64,000 nucleotides of DNA, from the NCBI RefSeq assembly GCF_048593235.1, contig NC_133617.1, positions 68,409,767 through 68,473,766 of the forward strand. The letters run 5' to 3'. Origin of the DNA: Sminthopsis crassicaudata (Eukaryota). Within the stretch, counting starts at the first letter, position 1; every line of letters begins with the position of its first letter. The translations under genes were made by a program, and so were the position numbers. Below, in pieces: positions 38,440-52,105 of this stretch. A model generated the notes under the pieces. That model searched no databases, was not told the DNA's origin, and saw only the letters and a list, made by a program, of their open reading frames with translations.

Positions 38440-39890
38440 TACCTTTCTAGTGCCCCCCAAAATGGACATTTTGATTATTAAGAGACTCTAAATGATATTT
38501 GAAAAATGATGGAAAAGAGGAAAGGTGCCAAAGATTAGAGAAGAATAGATGTCCTACTTTAAAAAGAGAGAAGAGTCTCTGAAAAACTACATGTTCTAGA
38601 ATGGAGATATAGTTGGTAAGCATCTAGAAATAGAAATTGATTTCAAAAAGCCAGTCTGGCTTCATCAAGCAGAGTTTATGCCAGAAAAACCTCACTTTTT
38701 TTTTTTTTTAAATTATTTTCTTTTTTTGGACAGGATTACTAGATGAGTAAAATACTAAGATGATAATTTACCTTTATCTTAGTGGCTTTAAAAAAATAAA
38801 GTTTCTCATACTATTCTTAAAGTTAGAGATGTGGATTAGATGATTCTACAATCAGAAAGACATTTGATCTGGTTGGATGTCCGTACTCACCAAGTAATTA
38901 ATTTTTCATGGTTCAATATCAAAGTGGCAAAGGTTTCCAGTAGAGAATCCCAGGACTCTGTGCTTGGCCCTATTTCTGGTCAATCATTTTTATCAATGAT
39001 TTTGTTAAAAAAAAAAAATTGGTAGTATGCTCATCAAATTTGTAAATGACACAAAACTGGGAGAAATAAAACACTAGATTAATAGTCAGGATCCAAAAGT
39101 ATTTTGACAGGCACAAATATTGAGCTGAATTTATTAAGATAAAACTTAATAGGAATAAAAGTGTCTTGCATTGCTTCTTCCGTTCTACTTCAACTTTACA
39201 AGTATAAGATAGGAGATGTATGAAAGAACAAAGAAATAGAATCAAGGTCTTAATGAACTAAAAGCTCAAATATTGTGATATGTCAACAACAACAACAACA
39301 ACAAAATTTGATTCCATTTTTAGGCTAAATGGAGAGACATCTCTTTCAGGAAAAGGGAAGTAATGGTTCTACCATATTCTGTCTTTATCAGTATTGTGTC
39401 CAGTTCTGGGCAACATCTTTTAAGGGCATTTATCATTTGGTTGGAGTGTATCCAGAGAAGTATAACCTAAATGGTAAAGGGCCTTGAATCTTTGACATAT
39501 TAGTTGAAGGATGCTTATTCTGGAAAAAAGATGACTTTGGGGAAGAGTAGAAGGGGGAGACACGATTTATCTTAAAATATGTAATGGATTGTCACATCTA
39601 GAGGTAGGATTATGTTTGTTCTATCTGGCCCTAGAGAGCCAAACTGGGAGTACAGTGCATGAATTGCAAAGCAGCTAGATTTAGGCCAGTTGTCAGGAAA
39701 AACTTCCTAGCAAGGAGACAAACCAAAGTTGGAAGGAGCTGCTGTAGGAAAGGCTGAGTTCTTACTCCTTGGTGGTGTTCAGGCAGGGACTGGATAATCA
39801 GGTATGCTGTAGTGGGGTTTTCTTTTGAATATGGGTCAGAATAGATGGTCACTGAGGGTCCATTCTAGCCTTAATTTCATGATTCTGTGA
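38440..39890 (+). mobile_element. CR1/L3 LINE RT region and 3' end
   Basis: CR1-like text (ggttcaatatcaaagtggcaaagg, ctcatcaaatttgtaaatgacacaaaactggg) ending catgattctgtga. Confidence 0.75.
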
Positions 39891-40678
39891 CAGTGATATA
39901 AAGCAAAGTGGCAAAAGATGGTAAAGATCCAGGGCAATTCCCAAGAGTACACTCCCAACATTCCCAAATGTAAGAATTTAGGTTTTCACCCTTACCTATT
40001 ACATTTCACCTTATTAGGCCCAAAGTTTTAGCCTATCAGGAAATTTTTGAATGCCAGCTTGTCATTCAGTGTGTTAGCTATTCCTAAGCACCTTCGTATC
40101 ATCTTTTTACTCAAATCATTGATAAAATGATGCTCAGCATAGATCCCTGGAGCACTCTGTTAAGAGATTAACTTCTAAATTTTCACTGAACCATTAATGA
40201 TTCCTCTTGGGTTTCAGTCGTTTAACTATTTTCTGAACTCACATCTTTACAAGCCCATGCTTTCCATAATTTGTACAAAAAGAGAACAGGTTATCTTACC
40301 TAATGCTTTTGCTAAAAATTTAGGTAAGTTATACAGAATTACCCTTATGTATCTGTCTTAGAAACCCTGCTAAAATTGGAAATGAAATGCTGTAATTTGG
40401 GCCTCTAGATCTGCTCCCACAATCCAAGTGTTCTGGGCCCCATTTTCCCTTGCATGTTTTAGGTAACCTGGATCCCAGCATCCCTTTTGTAGTCCAACTG
40501 TTCTGAGCCAGAGTCTTCCTCCTACACCCCCAGCCTTTGGGGCTTCCATTCCCCCCAGCCACACAACACGGACTTTCACAGCTGTCTTGGATCACCCAAC
40601 TGTTGTTCTACATTTCATGTAAACTTGGTCCACCCCCCACATTCCACCTATACACACAGATGACACACAATAGATGAC

Positions 40679-40684
40679 TTTATT
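40679..40684 (-). terminator. Probable SLC25A41 polyadenylation signal
   Basis: AATAAA on the minus strand about 280 nt after the stop, followed by a GU-rich tract (ttgtgtgtcatctgtgtgt). Confidence 0.6.
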
Positions 40685-40966
40685 CCTTTATCACCACTTT
40701 CACTGTCTTCCCCAAACCTGAAGTTGGGCCTGGGGAAACCCCATCTGGCCCCCAGAGAAGATTTGAAAAATGGGTCCCACTCTAGAGTCCTCCCTGCCTT
40801 TCCCACCCTGGGGCTAAGAGCATTGGAAAGGGCTCTGGGCCGGCCTTCTGTGCCTAGCATCTCCTTGGCCCAAGCCTGCCAGGCTCCCTGGATGGGGGGC
40901 CCTGAACCTTTAACCAGCTTCTGCTGGGGATCTCTGGCCCTCTAGCCCTTCAGACAAGGGGGAAGG

Positions 40967-41203
<237 letters not shown>

Positions 41204-41537
41204 TCAGGGATCCCTCTCTGTCCCCCACCCAAGGGAACAAGTGAAAATAGGATTTGATTTGCAGGGCCCCAAGAGATGGCAATCCACAGCAGGAGAGAAA
41301 TAAGGGAAATCTAATTTTCTCCCTCACATGTGTCTTCTGTATGACCTACTTCCAAAGGGCTTCTAACTATCCCTTCCACAGTTGTTATCCTGCACCCCCA
41401 GCTTCCTTCTGATGGTGGAGGGATCTCAAGTCCCTTCCCACAACATAGATCTTCTGGGCCCTGGTGCCCATTGGAATTTGGAAAAAGTGGGTATTTTAAT
41501 AATGGGGAGATAGAAGTCAGACTAGAAAGTATCTTAC

Positions 41538-41685
41538 CTTGGGCCTGCATCCTTGTCCGCACCAGTGTCAGGGGGTAGCTAGCCATCTGGCCACAAGTGC
41601 TGGACAAAGTGATGGACAACAGGCTGACCATCCCGCTGGGATTGTTGGAGTGGAACCCTAAGTAGAGCCAGACCCACTTGAGCGC
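41538..41685 (-). CDS. SLC25A41: SLC25A41 coding exon 6
   Basis: ALKWVWLYLG...[19 protein letters not shown]; 148 nt. Confidence 0.94.
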
Positions 41686-41762
41686 CTATAAGGAGGGGAA
41701 AAATTGGAAGGGGCTGGGTTGGGCCAAAAAATGTGCCTCCTAGGCCCTTCCCCTTGCCCTCA

Positions 41763-42198
<436 letters not shown>

Positions 42199-42410
42199 TA
42201 GGAGGCCTGGGCCTGGAGGATGTCCTTGGGGAACAGGAGAGCTTGGACAAGGGACTCAGAAGGAATTGGACATCCTGCCCCCAGCCTTGTCATGCAAAGC
42301 CCCAGAGGGAATGGCCTGGTTGGAGGGACTCTGGGGGAATGGCTCCCAGGCATTCTGTCCCAGTCAGTCCCATCCTGCCTGATTGAGGCAACCATGGATT
42401 AGGCGCTCAC

Positions 42411-42518
42411 CTCCATGGGGTTGATGAGAGTCTGGGAGATGGCCGCTGCCAGGGAGCTAGCCAGGATTCTTTCATGAAAGGGCTGGGGGTTGTCCTGGTT
42501 GCAGAAGGAATTCTTACA
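42411..42518 (-). CDS. SLC25A41: SLC25A41 coding exon 4
   Basis: CKNSFCNQDNPQPFHERILASSLAAAISQTLINPME; 108 nt. Confidence 0.95.
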
Positions 42519-42808
42519 CTGTGGGAAGTGAGGAGGTGACAGGGAAGCGGGGGTAAGGGAAGATCCACTAATCCTATAACTCAAAGCCCTCTCCCAATTC
42601 CTTCCCAGAGTCCCCTCCCCCAAATTCTTTTTCTGACCTCCCAAACCCTCAGAGCTGGACAGAAGAAAGGGCAGAAAGGTGGAATATGAAAGAGAACGTG
42701 TCCTGTTGGGATGATAAAAAGAGTGGGCACCTGGTGGGGCTGGGAGAAAGAGAGGGCTGTAGGATGAGGTTCAGAGTACACATGTTAAGGCTGATTGGCC
42801 CTGAGTCA

Positions 42809-43457
<649 letters not shown>

Positions 43458-43832
43458 TCAAGTCCCAGGGTCCCCACAAAGCAGCTCAATAACCCGACCC
43501 ACAGAACCCCCCTGCTCCCCCAGATTCTAAAGAGAGCACACTAATTGGTTATCTCCTCAGTGACTGCCCCTTCTAAGATGCATTTTTGGATTGAGATGTA
43601 AAGCCCTGCCCCGGCCCCTATAGCACACCTCCTCCCATGCTCTGTACTATCCCTTAAATCCCTCCCCCCGCCCCTCCCCTCGCCATGGAACCTAGCCAGG
43701 CAGTTGGATGCTATTTGTTCCCCAAAGCGGTCTACAGCAACGGTATGGGCAATATGACCTTTGCCCTCCACCCCCATCCCGGGAATGGGGACCTTGGAGA
43801 TCCCTTGTCTGGACTTGGCCCTCTGAGTTCAC

Positions 43833-43913
43833 CTGCTGTTTCTCCTGGTGGTGGTAGGGATGGGGCCCAAAGCTCTGGACGTAAGAGATGGGATTCCTAT
43901 CATGGGGCTCCAT
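43833..43913 (-). CDS. SLC25A41: SLC25A41 putative coding exon 1 (from the re-start ATG; 330 aa product)
   Basis: gctaccATGG Kozak context; MEPHDRNPISYVQSFGPHPYHHQEKQQ then CAG|gtgaac donor, phase 0, joining VLDTG. Confidence 0.6.
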
Positions 43914-44329
43914 GGTAGCCGGGGGTGGGGGTGGGTGGGAGAGACTTCAGACAGTGGGATTCCTTCCAGGACTCTGGCTCTCTCCCGGTTGGAGGGAGGA
44001 ACCCCTTGGAACCCTGGCCCTCCCTTGGGGAGTAGCCATGATGTCACAGAATCATTGGTGAAGTCACTGAATTCTGTTACCCTGGAGATTGGAATGACAT
44101 CTAACTTGGGGGAGTGAGATTTCCTAAAGTTGCAGGTTCATAGAATGTTTGAGGCAGGAAGGCCCTTAGAAAAAGGTCAGTCCAACTTCACTGTATTATT
44201 TTTATTAATAATATTTAATAATCCTATCAATAAATTCTATTATCATTAAAATTCTATAAGCCTCTTGGGCCAGCCCAAGTGATTATAAACATTATTTCTC
44301 TCCTTTTGAAATACACTGTTAATAATAGT

Positions 44330-44560
44330 TCATTCAAGTTTGGTGCTTTAAGATTTACAAAGCGCTTTCCTCATAGTAACCTTAAGAGGCAAGTGCTCCA
44401 GGTATCATTATCCCCATTTTACAGAAGAGGAAACTGAAGTTTAGGAGAGAGTAAGTGATTTGCCCAGGTTTACACAGGAGAAATCAAATGAAAATTTGAA
44501 CTTGAGCTTTTATTTCCTGACCCAAAGCTCGGTTCCACTTATACAATAAGATAGCACTAA
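44330..44560 (-). mobile_element. MIR SINE
   Basis: cccattttacagaagaggaaactgaag...gtgatttgcccaggtttacac. Confidence 0.8.
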
Positions 44561-44639
44561 CTTCTAGTCACTTGGAAAGGGATTTAGCCTTTTTTTGTAT
44601 ATATCCTAGAACACTGGCTTCTCTCCCCCACCTAGGCTA

Positions 44640-44810
44640 TCAGTCTGATGAAGTCTAAGGACCCCTTCTCAGAATCAGGTTTTTAAATGCATAAATGAAA
44701 TACATAAAATTACAATAGAAACTGATTATATTGAAATAATTATCAAAATACTTTTTTAAAAAATCCAATTTAATGAATCCTTTGAAATCTATCCAAAGGC
44801 CCAAGGACCT
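44640..44810. mobile_element. Possible ancient hAT-type (MER) DNA transposon relic
   Basis: ggaccccttctcagaatcaggtttttaaatgcataaatgaaatacataaaattac resembles recalled MER internal sequence; family not certain. Confidence 0.4.
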
Positions 44811-45000
44811 CTGGTTTCAATCAACCCCTTTATTTTACAGGTGAGGGTCAAAGAGCTTTTCTGATCTCACCCAACTATGAGGTATAAACTGGAATTTAAA
44901 CCCAGATGTAATCTCCTAGAGAGGTTAAAAAATACTAGATGTGAAATCAGGCCTGGCTTTAAGCTTCTAAGTCATTGTATAACCTTAAGAATATTTGTTT

Positions 45001-45108
45001 CAGGGGCATCGGATGACCTGAGTTCAAATGTGATTTCTGACACTTAACACTTCCTAGCAGTGTGACCTTGGGCAAGTCACTTAACCCCAATTGCTTCAGG
45101 GGGAAAAA
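45001..45108 (+). mobile_element. WSINE1 (5'-truncated)
   Basis: gacctgagttcaaatg...gacacttaacacttcctagc...gggcaagtcacttaaccccaattgc. Confidence 0.85.
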
Positions 45109-46104
45109 AGCATATTATTTTCTGTCTCTAACCCTTAGTCGTCCCCATCTTTGAATAAACATGGTCTTTGAAATTCTTTGGGTCTCTGACTCCTAGTTTA
45201 GGGTCCATAATGTCTGTTCTATCTACCACATTTTAAAGGAGTCCTAGTATTTTATGGCATTTCCTTATTTCTGCTCCATCCTTCCTCCCCTCCTTGGGTT
45301 TCTCAAAGGCAGACATTGGAAGCTCTTCTATCTTTTTATCTATGCTCCAGGGTAGAACAGTTAGGGCCAGGGGACTGGGGCTTGGGATACCAATGTCTAG
45401 GGAGAGGGTGGGTTCTGCCTGTCGGGGATCCTCCAAGCTCACTATCCTGTGCTTTTGTCTATCTGCTGGCCTATGCAATAAGGTGACTGGCTGCCTTCCT
45501 GGCTTAACGGTCCCAGGTCTGGGGCAGGGGGAGCAGGGAGGTTGCCATCACCCACAAGAGCCTCCTTCAGAAGAAGGGCTCTGGCCTTGAGGGATGGGTA
45601 TATGCCACAGGGGCATGTACTAGGCTCTCTGGGAAAGAGTGTTTCTCCACATCAACTGTACCTGAGGCAGGAGCCAATCTTCTCTTGTCAAACCTGCTCT
45701 CTGCCCGTGATGTCGCTTCTGGCACAATAAATCTTAGCTACAGTTTTGCTCCAGGGACGGTAAGTTTTGTGCAGTGCTGAAGTCCCCTTGAACCGTCTTC
45801 TTCTCCCCCCCCAAATAAAGACACCACACAGCCTGGCTTTGGGGGCTTAGAAAAATGTATTCATTTGTTTCCCTTTGAAAAGATGCACACACAGGCAGAT
45901 AAACTGAGTGGGGAGGGAGCATGAGAGGGGAAGAGGGACCTCTGGATACTGCTCTCCACAGGTACTAGATTCTCTGCTCTCAGAGAGAGAAGGAGACCTT
46001 TTAACACCTTAATTCTCAGATCTCACCTCCACCCCCAGCCTCAGAATCCAGCTATAAAATGCAGTAGAGACAGAGATTCTCTGGAGGTTGGGGAAGCTGT
46101 GGAA

Positions 46105-46109
46105 TGTGT

Positions 46110-46141
<32 letters not shown>
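46105..46141. repeat. (TG)n microsatellite
   Basis: TG run with one interruption. Confidence 0.95.
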
Positions 46142-46947
46142 TGGGAGAATAGCTGTTCTTTACCCCAATAGAAAAATAGACCTGGGTGGGGTGATGTTTA
46201 AGACTTCTTTCTTTCTCTCTTTATTTTTTCCTGCACTATTGGAATGTGTGTTTGGAGGATGCTGGAGGGAGGGGCATAGACCTAAGTATGGCTCAGCAAG
46301 AGGTCCTAACCCTGTCCTAGGTCCCTTTTCAGCCTTATTCAAACTCATCCCTTACCTAAACTGAGGCGTGAGAAAAAGGGGGAAAGTAGAAGGTTCATCC
46401 TTCGCTGTGGGGTCCTGGAGGGTCTCTGCCTAGGGCCATGGGGAGCCCTCCCTCTGGCTGGGATTAGCTAGTGTGTCTCCCTGACCCTGCATTCCCCCCA
46501 CAGATGTGTTAGGCTGAGTTGTCTGTGGTGACAGGGTTGTCAGGGCTGGAGCAGAACAGTGTCACTATCATGGGGGGATATGGAGGAGGGATCCAGGGAA
46601 TTTGCACTGCCATTGAGGACCCAGTGGAGCCGCAGTACAGGGGGATGGGGAAGAGACCAGATGGTTCTCATGTCAGTGCAGTGGGGAGGGGGCCTAGGGG
46701 TGAAGGGCCACCGCCATCCCCACCTCCATCAGAGGTTGGGAATCCAGTGTCAATGCCATGCAGAGCAGATCCTGGGGCAGGTTCCTCTGGTGATCCAGTG
46801 TCAATGACCAGGTTGGGGTAGATCAGTTGGTTGCAGGCTCCAGGAGCAGCCGAGAAATCTGGCACAGGGGGTTGGTCTTATCACCAGGATCCAGAGGGAA
46901 AGGGACAGGATCCAGCAGGGAGGGGAAGGGGGGGAACCCCCAGCCCC

Positions 46948-47132
46948 TCACCTGGTGGTAACCCCTAGGGCTTGTTTCATGTTCTCATAGACGACATAGG
47001 AGATGCTGACAGCTGGAATCACTTTCATGAAGTTGGGGGCGATGCCTCGATACAGGCCCCACACCCCCTCTCGGGAAAGGATGTGGCGGAAGAGACCCAG
47101 CATGGTGAGCTGTGGGGCACCCTCGATGGAAG
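46948..47132 (-). CDS. SLC25A23: SLC25A23 (SCaMC-3) coding exon 10 (last)
   Basis: [22 protein letters not shown]...[13 protein letters not shown]; 185 nt. Confidence 0.96.
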
Positions 47133-48048
47133 CTGGGAGAGGCAGTGCAGGCGCAGGGGTCAGATTGGGCTCAAAGGTTCGGATCCAACCCTTCCCTGAC
47201 CCCCTTGGGGCCGGACTCTGGACTGGGGGATGGGAAAAGTGTCGTACATGCTCCAGCCTTAGATGGAGGAAGGGCAGGCTCAAATCAGGCCCTAACAGAC
47301 CCAGAGCAGCAGCTGGGCCCAAGGAGAAGGTACCCCAGAGAGAAGCCTCAGAGACTCCCATGAGCTGTCAGGCTCCTATCCATAACTCTCCATTAATTGT
47401 GCCTACATGGAAAAGTTGGAAATGGGGAGGACGCGTTGCCCTGAGAAAAGGAAGCCTCAGGATGATGCACCACTAAGTGTATTCACAAGCAGATATTCTA
47501 AAAATGCAAACCTTTGATAATTGTTCTCAAAAAACTAAGAAGCCTGAAACTAGAAATACATGGATAACCCCCAAATCCAAACCCCACAAACAACAGTGAA
47601 AATAAACCCACAGACAACCCTCAAACACCAGCTGTTACAGAGTCTGGAAATAGAACGAGCAGTTGGGAGAGCCCTCTTCCCTCTAGTCCTGCCCAAGCTA
47701 CCTTGTGGAGCCCCGGAGGTTCTAGAGATTTTTGTCTTGACACACTACCTCCCCTGTTGGCTCTCGGGCACCAGAAGCACTCATGTGGGGAAAGGAGAAT
47801 GGAGGGCCCAGAATGATATTCCACAGTCAGGATCAATGTACCTCCTGGAGAACCAGGAACCTATTGACTTCCTCCTGCCCCCTCCTTCCACCTTGCAAAG
47901 TGATGGAGAGATTAGCCTGGCTCTCATTATCCAGGATTTTAGGCCCCCTTGGAGGTAAGAAGTCAACCCTGACCCCAGGATAGGTGAATCCTCCATTCAG
48001 TCCTTCCTCCTCAATCTCCCTCCCACTCTCCCTTCAGGCCCCACTTAC

Positions 48049-48199
48049 CCTGAGCTTGCATGCGTGTTCGGACCAGAGCCAAGGGATAGCTGGCAATCTG
48101 GCCACAGGTACTGGAAATGGTGCCGCAGGCCAAGAGGATGAGGATCCCTGGGTCAGCCGAGTGGTGGCTGTCCTGCTGGAGCCACCTGTTCTTCAGGGT
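48049..48199 (-). CDS. SLC25A23: SLC25A23 coding exon 9
   Basis: [18 protein letters not shown]...[14 protein letters not shown]; 151 nt. Confidence 0.95.
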
Positions 48200-48232
48200 C
48201 TGGAGGAGGAGGATCCAGAGCTGGGGATCTCA

Positions 48233-48613
<381 letters not shown>

Positions 48614-49099
48614 CTACTCCCATGACAAGTATCCCAGAATAGACATACACCTAAGATAAATGCCCCCCCCCCAGGTATATACCCCTAGGACAGGTATAAT
48701 CAAGACAGGTGCCCCAGGGCAACTACATCTTAGAGACAAACTTGAGACAGTAATTGCTTCAGTTAGGCACCCCCTTCTTCCTTTCTGATAATTACTGGGG
48801 CCACAGGTTCTTTTTCCAACAGATAACCCCAGAATTATCCCCAAAGTAACTTCCCCAAGAATAGCTACAGGGGCTGCAGCTGCCCCAGGACCAACCACCC
48901 CCAGCGCCCGGGTAGCAGTCATAGCTGCAGCTATTGCTCTTTTCAACAATCGCAGTCTGAGACTCCAAAAGGGAAGCTGACACCCAGACCTCCCCCAGTG
49001 CTGCTCTGACCTCCCAGGGACAGGTGTGCCTTGCCGTCAGGGCCTCCCTGGATGGTCTTCCCTAGCGAAAAGCCCAGTCCTTTCCCTGGCCTCTCTCAC

Positions 49100-49207
49100 C
49101 TCCATGGGGTAGATGATGGTTTGGGCTGTGGCCCCAGCCAGGGACCCTGCCACAAAGCGCTCCTGCACCCGCAGCGTCTCCTGCTGCCCCCGAATCGCCC
49201 ACTTGAT
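49100..49207 (-). CDS. SLC25A23: SLC25A23 coding exon 7
   Basis: IKWAIRGQQETLRVQERFVAGSLAGATAQTIIYPME; 108 nt. Confidence 0.95.
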
Positions 49208-49432
49208 CTGAGGTGTTCACAGGGCATTGTCAGGATTCTGGCATCTGTCCACCATCCCTTTGGAGGGCCCTCCCTCTTTCTTTCCCTGCCCAGCTCCTGG
49301 AGAGACAATGTCCTGCCAAGGGGCAGCAGGCAAGGGCACAGATGCCCATTCCCTCATGCCAATCATATTTTTCTCATGCCTGTAACATGCTTTTCCACAG
49401 CAATTGCATCCCCACAGTCCAGCTGTAAACTA

Positions 49433-49768
<336 letters not shown>

Positions 49769-49908
49769 CTAGGAACCGGGGAAGCAAAGAAGTAGGTGGG
49801 GATCTAAAGCCTCTGTGCCTGCTGATTGGGGAATTAGAGTAAGGGGAGAAAGGCTGTTCGGTGACTTTGGCCTAGGATGGGTTTTATCGGGGAAGGGTTG
49901 ACCTTCAC

Positions 49909-50067
49909 CTGCATGAAAACCTTTAGTCGGTCAAGCGGGGCTGTGCCTGTCCGTGACACAGCCCCTGCCACAGCTCCTGCCACCAGTTGTTTCCACCACA
50001 TGCCCGACAGCTTCTCTTGTTCTGAGAACTCATCCGGCACTGTCAGACATTCACCTATGTCCAGGAC
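49909..50067 (-). CDS. SLC25A23: SLC25A23 coding exon 5
   Basis: [19 protein letters not shown]...[12 protein letters not shown]; 159 nt. Confidence 0.96.
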
Positions 50068-50698
50068 CTGGCCAGGGGTAGGAAGAAGAATTGAAGTAGG
50101 TCACTCTGGTAAGGAGATCCTTCTCTCCCATGGGATCTATTACTTAAAGATTCCTACCCACTGAGAAGTCCTGCCCAGAACATCTGTCTCACTCTTGGAT
50201 CCTGATTGGATCCCATTTGAGCCCTTCAGGAGGACTCAGCATGCCAGATTTTACCATCAAATTCCAGCCATATCTCCACCAGGATCCCTTGACACAAATC
50301 TAGTCAGGGCCCAGGAGATATTTTTGCTTTTGTCCCAGTGGCAGGGAACTAAAGAGGGGGCCTCACACACTTGACTTCTCCAGGAGTTTAGCAAGCTTGA
50401 GAGCCCTGGTGTTTCTGAACTCTGTTCCCAGGGCCCAGAGTAAATCCTCTAAGGAGATTAGAGCCTGAGGGACAGGAGCGGGGAGGGAGGAAAGGAGAAA
50501 TCTGACCCAGAACAGCTCCTTCCCTGAGGTCTGGCTGCTCTGTTTGACACTATTTTTCTTTGGGAACCTGGGCATCTGACTTTCCAGCTCCTGGCCCTCC
50601 CCCTATTTGTAGTGTTATTTTCCCCTTCCAGGGTATGACCTTGACCCTTTCCTTCCACTTGACTAGACCCCAAGGCCTTGTTCTTCCAGTCAGCGCAC

Positions 50699-50810
50699 CG
50701 TTGAGTGCTTCCAGAACTTCAGGACATCTTCCATGTTCTCCAGGGGTTGTAGCAGGAAGTGGTCTCGCCATTCTTGCCAGTCAATGGTCATTGTCCCATC
50801 ACGGTCCATG
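50699..50810 (-). CDS. SLC25A23: SLC25A23 coding exon 4 (EF4)
   Basis: [20 protein letters not shown]...KFWKHST; 112 nt. Confidence 0.96.
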
Positions 50811-51152
50811 CTGGGAAGGGAGGGAGGGAGGGAGGGCTGGGGATTGGGAGGAGGGGGGTGGATGCCAGGGTTCAGGCTGCTGGGTAGACATTTGGGTCTA
50901 GATTGTGTATGTGTGTATGTATGTGTGTGTGTTCTTGGGGATGGGGGTGGAGGTGGGCAGACATCTAGGTTCAGTCTGGAGACAGACACCTAGGTTCAGA
51001 CTATGTAGGGGAGAGATGTCTTGGTTCAGGAGGGTGGAGGTAAAAAAGACAACATAGATTCAGGGTTTATTTGGGGGGGAGAGGAGAAACTTAGCCTTAG
51101 AATGGTAGGGGTGGAGATGTAGACATGGGTTCTGGATACCTAGGACACTTAC

Positions 51153-51239
51153 CTGTGCAGAATTTTTTCAGCTTGTTGCAAAGAGATGGAAACGCCCAGG
51201 CTTGGAAGCTCTGCTGGATTTCTGAGGCATCTATGTGGC
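51153..51239 (-). CDS. SLC25A23: SLC25A23 coding exon 3 (EF3), carrying an apparent -1 frameshift
   Basis: 87 nt where phase requires 88; HIDASEIQQSFQA in one frame and LGVSISLQQAEKILH in another; adding one C (GCC CTG) joins them. Confidence 0.93.
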
Positions 51240-51978
51240 CTGGGAGGACAATAGGGGAAAGAGGTTTCCATGGGTTGAATCCACTTGATTTTGAATGAGG
51301 GAAAAGTGGGGACTGATGAGTTGGAAGAAATGAGATCCATAGAAGAAAATAGGAAGGACTCCTTTCCTAGGAGCTTAGGATCAAGGAGATGGGAGGTAGG
51401 ACCCAGGAGACCAGAGGCTGGGACTGAATAGGAAACAAGTGGCCAAGAAAGACTGTAGTCCTAACACAGGCATTTGGGATAAAGGAGGTCACTGGAAGCC
51501 AATCCCCTCATTTTATAATTGAGGAAACTAGGCCCAGACAAGAGAAGCAACTTAGGTCACCTAGGGACTGTGAAAAAGCAGAGAAAAGATCTGAATCTAG
51601 AGCTAGATGATGGAAAACCCTAGGTTCTCTATTCCAACACAAAGCTTCTCCCAGTCTAGGAGGGGGAGCCATGGGTCAAGTCTGAGAGGAATATGGGGCC
51701 TGGGGCATCCAAGGAAGCAAAGAAGTAGGTGGATCCTCTGGGAAAGGAGGGAGAGAATAAAGGAGGGAAGGAGGGGCCTTAAGAGCTGTTCTCAAAATAG
51801 TCTGTGAGTCACCAGGAAGAAGCCACCCCCCTTCTTCCCTCCCCCTAGGACTGTCACCCTGGATTGTCTCCCTGCCAATGACACCCCTGAAGCTTGGGCT
51901 GGGGTGGAGGGCACAGAGGCAGAGGAGAATTCCCTATATTAGAATCCTCAGCCCAACCCAGCCCAGTTTGGGCCGTAC

Positions 51979-52105
51979 CGTCCTGGTTCCGGTCCAGGCT
52001 GTGGAACATGAGCAGCAGCCGTCTCTCATGTTCCTGCAGGTAGCGGGTGAACTCCTCAAGGGTCAGGCCCCCATCTTGGTCTATGTCCCCCTCCTGGAGA
52101 ATGTC
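51979..52105 (-). CDS. SLC25A23: SLC25A23 coding exon 2 (EF2)
   Basis: DILQEGDIDQDGGLTLEEFTRYLQEHERRLLLMFHSLDRNQD; 127 nt. Confidence 0.95.

Noticed and set aside
43947-43949. Selenocysteine or programmed readthrough of the SLC25A41 TGA
   Set aside because: The context TGA-AGT is not the leaky TGA-CTAG motif, I could not identify a SECIS, and the family is not known to contain selenoproteins.
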